Source: Octopus sinensis (lineage: Eukaryota). From it: a stretch of DNA of 64,000 bases. This document shows, piece after piece, positions 1 to 14,126 of this stretch (position 1 is the first letter of the stretch; every line of letters begins with the position of its first letter). The notes beneath the pieces are model-generated. The model saw nothing but the letters and a program-made list of their open reading frames with translations. It had not been told where the DNA came from and did not search any database. A program made the translations under genes and the position numbers. Location of the stretch: assembly GCF_006345805.1 (NCBI RefSeq), contig NC_043012.1, positions 24,428,001-24,492,000 on the forward strand. The letters are read 5' to 3'.

Positions 1-201
1 CTGTTGCTGTTGCTGCTGCTGCTAGTGTGTTAGCAACAAAACTTAGTGTTTCAGTGATGGAGTGTGCTGGAGTGTGATGGTGCCGATGGTGATAGTGTTT
101 GAACTGGCTGTGTATCAATTGCTGCTCAATTGTTTCATTCAGCCAACCATCCACCCATACACCCACCCCACCCCCTCTCTGCCAGCAGCCATAGCTCTTA
201 T

Positions 202-234
<33 letters not shown>

Positions 235-443
235 CTTTCCACCTCCCTCTCTCTCTCTCTCTCTCTCTGTCACTGCCATCCCTCACACTGCACCTCTACA
301 ACTAGTTTAAACCTTGGAAACTTGTTTACTCGGTTGCTCCTCCGCTTCAAGGATTGATGGATCTACATTGTTCATAGTTTGATAGATATATCAAATATAC
401 ACACATATATACGTACTTCCAGATGTATGTGTTTGTGTGTGTG

Positions 444-488
<45 letters not shown>

Positions 489-812
489 CACACACAGATA
501 TATCTAAGTATGTATGTAGATATCTAGATGCAAAGATGAACTCTGACCAGTTTCTTCCCCCATTCTGAAAATACAGCAATGCTGAGTGCTGCCAACTGTC
601 TGCCTGTGTACATTTATATTGAAAATAAAACTTCCTCCTTATATCACTCGACCTGGTCCTCCTAACCCTTACTCACTAATGGGCTGCTTGCTACTGCAGT
701 TGTCCTTTGCGTTTGCTTTTTTTTTTTTAAGAATATATATTTTTTTTTACTGTTTTGATGTAAGGTGGTTAATTGATGCTATTCATATTGAAGAGAGTCT
801 TCCCTTTCTGTG

Positions 813-843
<31 letters not shown>

Positions 844-864
844 GTAGCTCTCTGCTTAGCTATC

Positions 865-888
865 TATCTACCCATCTGTATATTCGCA

Positions 889-924
<36 letters not shown>

Positions 925-1006
925 GATAGATAGATAGATAGATATATATGTATAGATATATATATGTATAGATATATATATGTATATATATATATGTATA
1001 GATATA

Positions 1007-1039
<33 letters not shown>

Positions 1040-1274
1040 GTTATATATATATATTATATATATATGTATATATATGCGTATATATATATGTATATATATA
1101 TATGTATATATATATGTATATATATATGTATATATATATGCGTATATATATATGTGTATATATATGCGTATATATATATGTGTGTATATATATGCGTATA
1201 TATATATGTGTATATATATATGTGTATATGTATATATATATGTGTATATATATATGTGTATATATATATATATG

Positions 1275-1305
<31 letters not shown>

Positions 1306-1316
1306 GTATATATATC
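865..1316. repeat. Compound (TA)n/(TATG)/(GATA) microsatellite
   Basis: Directly visible; explains the Y/I/M/C-rich ORFs at 964-1422. Confidence 0.95.
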
Positions 1317-1842
1317 CTTATCTATTGATCAGTCCGTTTATGTCCTTTTCTTTCTCTTAGAGTGTGTCTATGTGCACACATACACACACACACACACAGA
1401 GTTTTCTAGTTTATCCATCTAAGTATTTGTATTAACATCTTGTATAGATAGAAGCATTTGCCAGTATATAGATATAGTTTTGTGTATATTTTTCTACACC
1501 CATGTACTATACGTAAGGGTATGTATGTATGTATGTATGTATGTATGTATGTGTGTGTGTGTGTGTGTGTATGCACATACACTCATTTTTGCCTTTAATC
1601 TACAAACGTATTAGTAAACATTTGGTTAGAACATGATAGTATTAAATAAATAAATAAATTTTCAAAATAATAATAATAAAACCCAACAAAAATGAAAAAT
1701 AAATAAATGAATAAATTTCATATTTAGCTTGTTCTCTGGAATAGGTTTGCTGAAGCAGAGAAATGGAATGAAGTAGAGGTTTGGTGGTGGAGTGCATGGA
1801 GGAGGTGGGCTGTGTTGTTCGTCATGATTATGATGACATTGG

Positions 1843-1874
<32 letters not shown>

Positions 1875-3054
1875 GTGGCAGTGGTAACAGTGACAGTGTT
1901 GAGGATGATGAGGATGATGATGATGATGATGATGATGATGGTGGTTGTTTCTGTGCAAGTGTCTGCTGCTGCTGTTGTAGCTAAAATGTTTTGGGTTGTT
2001 TACAAGTGTCCTGTTAATTTACATTAAACTAAGTATAGAACATGTAGAGACTTTTTTTCCCCCCTCCGCCACATGCGCAGATGTGTGTGTATGTGTGTGT
2101 GTGTGTGCGTGTGTATACGCATGTTTGCGTGTGTGTGTGTGTGTTTTTCACCATCATTTCCATCTTCTCTTCTCTTCTCCAACTGACTGCTTTTAGCAGA
2201 CTTAACTGGAATATTCCAGGTTGTGTCTGTGTGTATGCTCATATATATCTGTGTGTGTGTGTGTGTGTTTGTGTGTGCATGTATGAGTATGTGTGTGTGT
2301 GTGTTGAAATTCATTTACATTCTAGCTCTCTTCTCCTTTTAACTTAAGCTACAGAGAAGGGACAGAGCCACATGACTGTTGCTACCATTCATCATAGTGC
2401 TGATGATGATGCTGCTGCTGCCAGATATAGTAATATACAGTATTAATAATAGAGTTAAATTTCATTCTTGCATATGCGCATACACAACTATATGATTGTG
2501 TGTATTTTTGTGTGTATGTCTACATGTATATACGTGTGTCTGCATACAACCATACACACTACACAAATATATAGCTATATCTATTTGTGTATCTGTGTGT
2601 ATATATGTGTGTGTGTGTTGACTTTTTACTCACATCCATACCAACATGAGTTGAACTGATTTGCTAGACGACAGTTAATTATCTATAAGTCTATGTAGCA
2701 ACCCATAGCAGCCACAACATCACTTCTGCCAAATTATTTCATGGCTTTTATTAATTGAAGAATTTTATTTTGAATTTTTTCTTTTTATGATTGAAATAGC
2801 TTTTCCTTTGTCAACTGGTATGACAGTTTAGGGCCAAGCACATTTATTCTAGCATACAATAGAAATCAAGAACTCTGATGGATCTTTAGTGTAATTTCTG
2901 TTCCATGTAGCATTGCACATTCATGAATGTAGCAAAGAAAATGGTAGTCTAGATATATTTAGTATGGAGACCATTATCAATCCACCGTCTGTTACCATTC
3001 TAATGTCCTCTGTCCTATTCTTGTATGGGGCACACAAAATGTGTTACGGTAGAT

Positions 3055-3125
3055 TTTCTGCCTTTTCCTGTTCTTTTTGGGACCAACCCTCATCTGTTTC
3101 CAAGCAAGTTAATATTTCCTGATGC
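3055..3125 (-). mobile_element. Possible highly decayed LINE ORF2 C-terminal fragment
   Basis: Frameshifted translation QEILT..RVGPKKNR loosely resembles the LINE C-terminal W-x-P-x-G-x-R-x-x-GRP-K-x-T-W motif. Confidence 0.25.
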
Positions 3126-3301
3126 TCAGACATGTTTTCATGGAAGATTGGCAATGAATGATACAGCCTGCATGATAAACATGCTTCTTTCACATCACAT
3201 CCTTTCATGATATCAGGACAAGAAGACACAAACACTCTCACACGGGCATGCACATACATAAATACACCACACACACACATACACACACACACTCACACAC
3301 T

Positions 3302-3352
<51 letters not shown>

Positions 3353-3389
3353 TTGAACATTTTTCCTTTCCTTTTTCTATTCTTTTATG

Positions 3390-3605
3390 TCTTGCAAGTT
3401 TCAGGGCAACGTCACTAGTGCCATTGGCACATAAAATGCACCGAGTACACTCTGTAAAATAGTTTGCTTTAGGAAGGGAATATAACCATTGAAAGCCAAA
3501 GAGGACAATGCAGCTGGCCACAACCTTGCAGCTTGCCCCTTTCTTGTCAAACCTTCCAACTTATGCTAGTTATAGAAAATGAATCTTACATGATGATGAT
3601 GGTTT
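3390..3605 (+). mobile_element. SINE-like family 3 (gcacataaaa..gcacc / aggaaggg / (GAT)n tail), decayed
   Basis: Similar to copies at 17345, 25864, 51500, 51975 and 61195. Confidence 0.7.
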
Positions 3606-3697
3606 CCATAACTATCTGTTATATTGCTAATAAAATTACAAAACAACTGCAAACAAATAAAATAAACATCTACTTTCTCACCCCACTTCTGTTATAT

Positions 3698-3741
<44 letters not shown>

Positions 3742-3945
3742 TGTTTTATTTCAGTATCCGTCCACTAAATCTACTCACGAGTTCTGGCATATGTCTTCAT
3801 TGTGGTTTCAGACATTTGTCCAAAGTGGATGTTGTGCTTAACCTGAAATCATGTGGTGTTCAGAAGAGCGAAGTTCCTAACAACACATCTATGTCTGGGC
3901 AATTATATATGTATGTATGTATGTGTGTGTGTGTGTGTATGGATA

Positions 3946-3985
<40 letters not shown>

Positions 3986-5830
3986 CATATTTTCCTATAA
4001 AAAAATTAAATCTGTCATGTGTTAATTATTCCAAGTGCATGACATTTTGGGTTTTTCATCTTTGAATACAAATGCCATGCACTCTCTTAGTATTTTGTCA
4101 CATCTTCTGTATGCAAGAAGCTATAGATGGCTACTACACATACAAATATGATATGTTCCCCCCTCCTTCCATCCCCTACAGACATTAGTTGCAAAGAAAA
4201 TTTTAGGAATAGATTTTTTCATTACTGTCTTGAGTGAGGTTTGTAAATTTTCGACAACTCTGTGAACCATTGCTGGTCTTCAAGGGAAATGGTAATGTTC
4301 TGTATTGGCAGTGCAAAATATTCACAAGTTGGTATGAATTAAGTAGTCGTGCCATTAGGAAAAAGAGAAAGCCAATGTTTTGGGCAGAATTCTTTTCTGA
4401 AGAGTAGCAGTCATTTTGTTGTATGATGCGCTTTACTGTTATTACAATTGATACCATTATTCTGCAGATGATGACAAGGAATCTGATGATGATGATGATG
4501 ATGATAATTATGATGGTGGTTGTTGTGGTTGGGTTGTCGTCAGGGCTAATGATATTTTCTTTTTCGCTTTTCATGCAAACTTCATTGTAATTATTTGTCA
4601 CAGAGAAAATATAATTAGTTTTACTGTTAAATTAACAAAACAGCTAAAGAGTGAAGTGTGCTACCAATGCAATCAGGAACACATTTTTCTGCCAAACAAA
4701 CAACGATTCTAAAGAGAATAACTTAAATCTACTTGGACCCTATATCATGTTATTTGATGTTTTTCAAAACAGAATGAAATAAAAATGTTTTGAAACAAAA
4801 AGTTCACCTCTCAATTACAAAACTGTGACATGCCCTCAGCAAAAATGTTTGATACTGGATTCATTGAAGTTAATTTTAGTTTCAGTTGCAAGTTTATCAA
4901 TTTACAGTATAAACGTATGTTCTTTCACAAATCGCTATTTGTTCTTTGCGATTTCCAAGAGGATAAAATATTGAAATTTTCATAGGATTTCCCCCTCCCT
5001 TCCTATTATTCTATCTTTAACAGTTATGGTGTATGGTTAAGAATCTTGTTTCACAGCTACATGCGAAACAAGTCCAGTTTCATTCTACAGAATCATGGAC
5101 AAACGTTTTCTACTGTAGCCCTGGACCAACCAATGCTTTGTGAGTGAACTTGGTAGTCAGAAACTGTGAAAACTGATTCTATATATCATCATCATTGAAT
5201 GTCTGTTTTCCATGCTGGCATGGATGAATGGTTTGAGAGAAGCTGGCAAGGCCAGGGGACTGCGTTACGCTCCAGTTGTCTTCTTTGGCATGGTTTCTAT
5301 GGTTAGATGCCCTTACAGAGTGTATGTGTGTGTATATGAATATCTTTGTGTTTGTCCCTGCTATTGCTTGTTAAGCAGTAATAAGGACACACAGAAACAG
5401 ATGTGATGGGCTTCCACACAGTTTCCATTTACCAAATTTACTCACACGGCGTTGGTCATTTTCCATTTCTGAGATTAATTTTCTGTGGGTCAATCATACA
5501 CAACTTCTTTCCATATTGTCTTTTGTTTACAAACACACACAAACACACATGGCAGATCTAGATCTAATGAATGTTGTTCAATGACTTATTACACAGCATA
5601 AAGCACAGCCAACAGATCAGTTGAGTTGACCAGTGGTGAAACGTTGAGGCCATCTGGCTTTTTTTTTTTCCACTTTGCCAATGTATGAAAATGATTCTGT
5701 GAGATGGTAGATACTGCTCACTTATAATGCCTCTTTCTTTTCTTCTTTTTAACACATTCCGGAGGTAGAGTAAGGGAATTTGTTACCCTGGGAAGTCTAA
5801 CAGTAGTTAAAGAATGTTCTAGCTGAATTT

Positions 5831-5896
5831 TTTTTAAAAAGGATCATTACAGATGTAGAACATACTGAAATCCAAAGACACAGTCTTCAACAATGT
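5831..5896 (+). mobile_element. Possible mariner transposase relic
   Basis: Translates FLKRIITDVEHTEIQRHSLQQC, resembling mariner FL-x-RIITGDE-x-W...KRQS-x-QW around the first catalytic Asp; short and decayed. Confidence 0.3.
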
Positions 5897-6649
5897 GGTG
5901 ATGCTAAAATTCTAAATAAATGTACAATGAACTACTTGCAGAAAATGTTTCTTTGAAGCATGAAATGTAGTGTGTTAAAATTCCATCATACACACACACA
6001 CTCTCTCTCTCTCTCATGGTTTTCTGTTTTAGACACATTAGTGTATTCTTAGCATCCAGGACACACTGTAATGTGGTTGTTGTTTGGAAGGGTACCCCAC
6101 TATAGAAACCATGCCAAAGCTAACATTGGAACTGCAGTCTTGCAGCTCCCTAGATTCTATCAAACCACCCAACTCGTTTTACCAGCACAGAAAAAGGATG
6201 TTGAATGGTGGTGATGTATATGTATGCTTATTTGTGTGTGTGTATGTGTGTGTAAAACCAACTTTTGAACTATCAATTTGGATCTGAGTTATTATAATTT
6301 ACATATTTCCTTGCCCAACAACATCCAATTGGCTTTTACTGTATAGTTTGATGATAATGTATCATAGCACAATCACTCTATGCCGCTTCCTAGCAACAGT
6401 GAGCTGTCCTATTGCTGTTCTATAAGGTTGGTATTAAGTAGACTTAACTATAAGAGATTGTCTTTTAGTGGCAAAGGCAAAAACTGTTAATTTTCATAAT
6501 GGACATTATTATAGTCCCACCACAAAGTTAATCTTTCTGAGGATTTTTAACAGAAGCATTTATATCGAAATGTGATGAAACTGAATCCTGCCTGTTTTGT
6601 CTTTGTTATTTTTGTTATTAAAATTAACTTGTGTAAGACTATGGGGATA

Positions 6650-6650
6650 T

Positions 6651-6686
<36 letters not shown>

Positions 6687-6692
6687 CATACT

Positions 6693-6786
<94 letters not shown>

Positions 6787-6790
6787 CTTA
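6650..6790. repeat. Long near-pure (TA)n tract
   Basis: Directly visible. Confidence 0.95.
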
Positions 6791-7264
6791 TAAGCACACG
6801 CACATTATGTAGATATATATATATAAATATATACACACTCACATACACCCACATGCATTCATGTATATATATATATATATATATGTATAAAATATATTGT
6901 ATATAATAAATCATGTGCACAGTGAACAGCGTTGTTATTACATATATTATATGCATATATATTATAATATACTTGTATATTATACATGCATGTTACATGT
7001 ATTATACATGTGTATTTATATGCAACATAGATATATGCTCTACATAGTATGCATGTATATTATATAATATATAAATATTTATGTGTGAATATACTTGTAT
7101 GTGTGGAAAAGCTTGGGATAAATATTAAGCCTCTACCGAACAGAAGTCTTCTTAGAAGCTTCAGTGACGATCTCTTCTACAATCTATGAAGTGAATGTTC
7201 TTATTAAAGGGCACCGGAATAAGTATTTCACTCTTCTCGTTAGTCATAGTTTGAGACTCTTTCA

Positions 7265-7325
7265 TCTGTCACGTGTTGATTGGCGCTTTAGTTTTGGCCA
7301 TTAGAAACGCTGCGTTTTCGGTTAC
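7265..7325. promoter_or_regulatory. Candidate promoter element: GTCACGTG E-box next to inverted CCAAT box
   Basis: gtcacgtg at 7268-7275 and attgg at 7279-7283, in non-repetitive sequence with several CpGs. Confidence 0.25.
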
Positions 7326-7436
7326 AGTTGCAATTAACCATGATCACCCTTGCATTCAGTAGCTTCATTTCCATTCTTTGCTCTTATGAGGGGCTTCTAT
7401 AGGTTCGGTTCCTGGAATGACTTAGTTATCCTTCGC

Positions 7437-7467
<31 letters not shown>

Positions 7468-7817
7468 TGGACAATAATAATAATGATGACAACATTGCTG
7501 CTCTCTCCTGCTTCAACTGAATGGCTGTTGTAGCCATGTTAACTGATTATTGCTGGTGATGTAGTTACTGGTGTCTTGTATTGATGGCTTCATGTTTTAT
7601 CACCAGACCTCGTCAGTAGTAGTTATAGGTTTCTCGTTCACTTCTCATTATATAGAATAAACTCAGTTAAATTTTGGGGTTTAGCTGTGTACAGTATCAA
7701 CTCTTGATTTTTAATTCTTTAACGTCTCGATTCTTTCCTTTTTGTTTTGTTTTTTTTTTTGTTTTTTTTTCTTCCTGCAATATTAATGTATCTAACATTA
7801 CTTTTTGCCATTATTAT

Positions 7818-7854
<37 letters not shown>

Positions 7855-10689
7855 GCTACTACTACTACTACTTGTTTATTTTATTATCTAATGCAATCTA
7901 ATTAAATTGCGTTGTGAAGATGTGGAATTCCATCACCATTATATTCTCTGAACTCATCTCTTTTCTCTCTCCTCGGTTAATGTCTGCACTATTGTAGTTG
8001 TTGTAATAATTGTTGTTGATGTTCTGCGTACAGTTTCAACATCTAACCTTTGTAACTCAAAATGTCTGCATTTATTAAGTCAGTGCGTGTTCTTGATATT
8101 GTCTCGTGTAAAGTCAGCTTACTACTCATTGTTTTCCTCCTCTCTTTCACCATTTAAAGCAATATGGCAGTATTTCTGAAGGCCAATTCACTTTTACTTT
8201 TTTTTTTTCACATTATTTCTTCCTTTTCCTTTTATTTATATCCACACACACACACATACACACACACGTGTGTGTGTGTGCATTTATATTTATATATATA
8301 TATATACACATACACACATATATATATATACACATACACACTTATATATATATATATATACACATACACACACATATATATATATACACATACACACATA
8401 CATACTTTTGACAAAAACGAGCCAGGTCGTTGTTGTTTTTGTTGTTGTTGTCATTGCTGTTGTTCCTATTTACACTTTAAAAAAAAATTTTTTTCTATGA
8501 TATCAACTAAAATTATCATTTTAATGTTTGTGATTTCCATTATTTTCATCTTCTTCACATTTTAAAATTAATTTCAAATTTTTAATATATACATGCATAT
8601 ATATATATTTTTTTTTGTGTCTCAGTTTTAATGATATTCTGCATAATTTTCCTTCTGATCCAGTTAAGAGTGTATATAAATATATGTATATAAATATATA
8701 TATGATTATATATATATTTCCCTGGCCACATCTGGTCCACATCTTATCAACGTTTATTAGACAGTCTGCAATAACTACCTAAATGTTGATTTCTTTTGAC
8801 TAGGCACAAGACGAGATTTTGTAGGGGAGGTGCGCAGTCATTTGAATCAAAGCCAGTATATTACTGGTGCTTATTTTATCGACTCTCAAAATGATGAAAA
8901 GCAAAAAGCAACCCCATCAGGATTTGAACTCAGAACAGTGAGGTACTGAACTATATACATGGGAAAAAGAAAAGAAAAAAAAACCCAAAGAAAAAACATA
9001 AAAAGAATATGTAAACAAATAATAAAAAAAAAAAACAAAGAAAAAATATGCACTCTCCTCTGTTGGTTATCATCCCCCTATTCCTTCCCGCACAGACAGT
9101 GATGTTATCCTTGGTAGATTTGCTGAATCCTTATGTGTCCTGACAAACCAGACAGACTAAAATGCGTGTGTTATTCTTAGGCATTTGATTGGTTACTACT
9201 TCCATGCTGTAAGTGTGCTTGGCAGGACTGATCTCTGCTACTTAACAACTGAAACAACAACAACAACAACAGCAACTTTTGTGGACATAAGCATCACATT
9301 GGATAAACGCTTCTACAAAATGCAGACGAATTGTTTGCGAATTGTTCAAATACATATTTCATGGTTGGATGAGGTACTCTTTAGCTTCGGCCTGTAAAAG
9401 TGCGTACGAATAGGACTATTTTTATAACTTGGTCAACCAATTTAAATAGCCGAGTCTTTTACCTAAAGATCCAAAGCAATTCCTGCATTGTTTTTTGTTT
9501 CTTAATTAGGCATGGATAATCTATTTATTTATTGTGTGTGTGTGTGTGTGTTGTGTGTACAGGGTAATTCTACCCAACTCAACAACATTGTAACACATGC
9601 ATTTATTCCGTTGACACGGTCACCTGGAGGAATAGAAAACAAACGGGTCAGGGCATAATTCGAACCCGCACATTATATTCTGATGTCTCTAAATATCAAG
9701 TATTTAGTTCAGAACTTTGCTGCTTTTTTTTTTTTTTTTACTGTTTTCTGTTTTTCTTCTGCTGGCATGCTGTTCTTGTTTCATAAAATTATTGAAAATA
9801 GAAATGGGTTTTCTTGGAATGTACACATATAGATGTTTGACAGCAGCAAGACAATTCAAATAACGATCATAACTGAAGTTATTACGATGAAGAATTCTGT
9901 TATAAATAAAACTGAAGGAGTGTAATTTGTAGAGTAAGTGACATGAGTTGGACATTGAACCTTGTACAAGGAGGAGTAGCTTAGGTCTCTAATCATGGCT
10001 TCTATATTGTCACAGTCTTAACACACAAGAAACGAAGAAAAACAAAAAAGAAACTGTGAGCGCCTGTAGGGGTAAGATATAAAATCAATTGAAGTCTTCG
10101 TCGTTTAATTCTTCTGTATTAATAAAAGCCTGACTTGGAAAGTTAACTTAAATATTGGCTTTCTCATCTTGTTTACTCAACTTGATGCTGTTCCACAGCA
10201 ACTACAACAGATTAAGAAACAATGGGTTACAGACACTGAGACACAAATTTTGCTTGTTTCAACAAAGAAGAAAACCTGCCATCATCATCATCATCATCAT
10301 GATTACAATCTTCTCATGAACAACTTGCTTCATAAAAGCATACCTTTTTTTTTTTTTTTTTGTTATTTTTGCATTGCTGAGACTGGCTCCAGTGATTTGT
10401 CTCACCCATCTCTCCTCTATCTCCTTTTTTTTTTTTTTGTTCTAATGAAGAAACTCTCTAGAAAATCCAAATAAATATTCACCCGTGATGGAATATTGCT
10501 CTGACAAATTGAGGCAACCAACACACCAGTTATTGAACTTATTGTGATATTTTAAGTAACATTCAGCAGAAGGACATCCTTCTTCTATTTAGTCTAAATA
10601 AACTCTCTGCCCTTCTCTCTCTTTCACTGCAAGTCATCATTGCTTCCAACAAATCATCATGTTGTCTGCTCTTAGTGTTCTATAAAGAA

Positions 10690-11262
10690 AAGAAAAGAAA
10701 TTGCTGGCTGTGAACCCATCTGCACATAAAGCCATTGTCACTGGATAATGTAATTCCAGACAACAACTATCTGCTCAATCAGGGTTGTCCTGATGTTAAG
10801 TAACAACAACAATAACTTCCACAGTACTTACAAGCAAAGGCTGGAGCCCTTATCTGATGATTTGCCCTCTAGACAGAGCAGTCAAATCTCCCTCAAATTT
10901 ACATCATATCATGAAAAAATATTGACACATTAGATAATGTGGTCCAAGAGACACTATGCCTGGAAAAAAAGATGGGATGGTCATGGCAGGAACAGTTCAT
11001 TTGATGTTAAGTAACAACAACCACCAATGTGCTTACGAGCCAAAGATGAAGCCCCTACACGATCATTTACCTGCTAGAAATAGTGATCAAATCTTCCTCA
11101 AATGTACACCGTATCATTGGTAAAAAAAAACTGGACACATTAGATAATGTAGTCCAAGAGACACTATGCCTGGAAAACAAGATGGAATGGTCATGGCAGT
11201 AAATCCTTTGATCCACAGATCTACTCAATCTGGACTAACCTGGGACTAAACAACCACTGTAT
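10690..11262 (+). mobile_element. Family 4 repeat (gctagaaatagcagccaaatctccc..gatgggatggtcatggc..), tandem diverged copies of ~210 bp
   Basis: Units start tgatgttaagtaacaacaac at ~10792 and ~11001; family also at 20930-21140, 48730-48915, 51730-51900 and 58310-58450. Confidence 0.7.
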
Positions 11263-12762
11263 ACTGTGTTTCCTCACCAACATCCTTTCATCAACCAATC
11301 AACCAAGCACTATGTTACATCATTTTTGGGAACAGCTACTTTACGGAGCTCAGTTCTCTCCCCATACCCCCCTCACGTACTATGTGACCATTGAGTACAT
11401 AAAAAAATCTAATTTTGCAACAGCCACATGGGACAGACTTTAATTCATTCCTTTACCCTTCTGATCTGTAGAGACAACCCAATGTGATGGGTAAATGTTC
11501 CTTCTCAGAACAAAATGATAAAATAAAAAACTACAGGAAAATATTCTAATCTATTGCTTAGTTATATTATTTTCATATCTGTCGACTTCCCTCTTTGCAC
11601 ATTTGTACGTGTATATTTATCTGTGTGAGTGCGTGAATTACATATAATGTTTTTAAATAAAAGTTTGCCTCAGATCCACATGACTTGAAGTTTTGTGGGT
11701 GGGTAGGACGTGTTCATCTCATCAGATGCTAGGAGCGGACTGCTTCTAGAATCTGATAAAACCGTAGGTCATGTTGAGCTGAGCCGAGCCATTATTAAAA
11801 ATATATGTAAGTCCTACCAAATATATTGAATGCTACTTGCTTTTGTTTGTTCATTCACTCCTGTGTGTGTTTTTGTGTGTATGTAGGTATGTATATATGG
11901 AGGTATGTATACAAGTATGTATGAATGTGTGCATGTGTACATGTCTGTGTATGTATACATAGATGTCTCTCTCTGTATGGAAGTGTGTGTGTGTGTGAGT
12001 GTGTGTATTTATATGTTGACAGGCAGATGTCTGACACAATAAATAGCACAAACAGCAGCTGATTTGGAATGTTAAAGACGTTGGCTTTCTCTTCTCATAT
12101 AAGCTGTTTACTCAATTAGTTGAGCTGTGCATCTGTCTTCACCTTTCAGACTCTTTCAGTTTGGACTGTTGATGACTGCATAAATATGTTACAGAACAGC
12201 AACCAATGATCAAGTCAACAGCAAAGCTAGGGGAGATGGAAACGATTAAGTCTTTCTTGTTGTTGTTGTTGTTGTTATTATTATTATTCTGTATATATTT
12301 GTTTTATTAGCATTTGTTTTTTGTTTTTTTTTTGTTTTTTTTTTTAATCAGCAGATAATTAATAATAAACTGCCATAAATATTTTTTGCTTTTTTTTTTT
12401 TTTTTTTTTTTGCTGATGACACTCTGAAAGATAATACTGGGGCAGATGGCATGAAATTAATAATTTCTAATCGGAAATTATGTAAATCTAAAATTCAAAG
12501 AAAGAAAGAAAGAAGAAAGAAACAAATAAATAAATAAATAAATAAATCTACGAGCACTTCCAGCTTTAACTTTAACAGTAGGATTAGAAAGAAAAAAAAA
12601 AGACTGAAAGAAATAACAAAACAAAGCTAAAAAAATTCGGTGGTGGGGATTTACGTATTTAAAAACATTTTTTATTTGGTCAGTTTATGCTATTATCTAA
12701 TACCTTATGATTGCTGTGTACGTGTATGTGTGTATGAGTCTCTCTCTCTCTCTCTCTCTCAC

Positions 12763-12805
<43 letters not shown>

Positions 12806-13005
12806 ATTTGCCCATACATTGTTTTTAAGTTTGAAAGAATATGATTTTTAAACAGGTGAGGAAATCCAGAATTGAAAGTAAAATGAAACAGGAAACAGCT
12901 TCTGTTACCAATGTAGCGTATTAATTAATTCCGTATTAATGCCATTGCATATTCTCTCCATTATTCATCAGTGACATTCTATAGTGTTGGCCTGTCTTTT
13001 CCAAA

Positions 13006-13037
<32 letters not shown>

Positions 13038-13060
13038 CCCCAATTCTCACTCATGTCACA

Positions 13061-13097
<37 letters not shown>

Positions 13098-13321
13098 CTT
13101 CACTTTCCATCATCTTTTTTTTTACTTTATCCTCTCCCATCCTATCACCATCCATCATCCAACACCAGCCCCAACCATAAACTTTGCTATATTTGTGTCT
13201 GCAAGATCAATGCAGTGTCATTGTTTTTGCATAGGCATTTTTGATTTTCAATTTAATGTTTGTGCGTGTGCGTGCGTGTGTGTGTGTGTGCGTGTGTGTG
13301 TGTGTGTGAGTGGTGGAGGGG

Positions 13322-13560
13322 GGCATGGGTGTGTGGGTAAGAAGCTTGTTTCCCAGTCACACAGCTTTGAGTTTAGTTCCTCCAAGTGGCTCTTGTGGCA
13401 AGTGTCTCCTGTTATGGCCCTGGGCTCACCAAAGGCTTGTCAGAGGATTTAGGCTGACAGAAACTGAAAGAAGATCATCATATAGATGTGTGTGTGTGTG
13501 TGAGTTACTGTCTTTTTGTTATGACATTGCATGGTAATTGTAAACGAGTGTCCCTTTCTT
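13322..13560 (+). mobile_element. tRNA-derived SINE family 1, decayed
   Basis: Head gtgtgggtaagaagcttg, ggcaagtgtctcc core and gacagaaactgaaagaag, as in the 34615 copy. Confidence 0.75.
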
Positions 13561-13812
13561 AAAAGCTGTGTCCTTTTTTACAGTCTTCTGTGAAAACATG
13601 TTCGGTCATAGGGAATTGTTACCTAATTTGCAAAACAAGTGAGAGTTGGGGACAGGAAAGGTTTCTCATCATAGAAAATCTGCCTCAACAAATTCTGTCT
13701 GATTCATTTGAGCATGGAACAATGAGCATTAAAATAATGACATTGATGTTACATATATGTGTATATGTATATATATATATATCAAAATTAGCAACAAAGA
13801 TATCCAAGGTAG

Positions 13813-13900
13813 TGTAGTACAATTGTTTCATGCTACTTCATTTTATTAAACACTGTAAGTATTACATCAGTTTTAAAATGTCGAGCAATCTTCAGCCACA
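13813..13900 (-). ncRNA. Minimal type I hammerhead ribozyme-like motif (left arm)
   Basis: UGUGG-CUGAAGA-U-UGCU..AGCA-U-GAAA-C-AAUU-GUA^CUACA; stem III ACAAUUGU is palindromic; U/U at the base of stem II is non-canonical. Confidence 0.6.
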
Positions 13901-14038
13901 TATAGAATTTTTCAATTACACTGACAATGCATATTCTTCTTATACATTTGCCAACATTACAAAGAGGGTAGATATATAGACATATATTAACTTCTCTGTC
14001 TATATATCTACCCTCTTTGTAATGTTGGCAATTCTATA

Positions 14039-14126
14039 TGTGGCTGAAGATTGCTCGACATTTTAAAACTGATGTAATACTTACAGTGTTTAATAAAATG
14101 AAGTAGCATGAAACATTTGTACTACA
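14039..14126 (+). ncRNA. Minimal type I hammerhead ribozyme-like motif (right arm)
   Basis: CUGAAGA 14044-14050, GAAA 14110-14113, stem III C-AUUU-G, GUA 14119-14121, stem I UGUGG/CUACA. Confidence 0.55.

Noticed and set aside
586-1422. Long Y/I/C/V-rich ORFs (also 28486-29691, 41662-42255)
   Set aside because: Translations of TA/TG/CA microsatellites.
1662-2027. His/Asp/Met homopolymer ORFs
   Set aside because: (GAT)n repeat open in several frames; no domain or convincing splice pair.
4203-4601. 132-aa minus-strand ORF
   Set aside because: Built around an ATC repeat, with no recognisable domain or splice signals.
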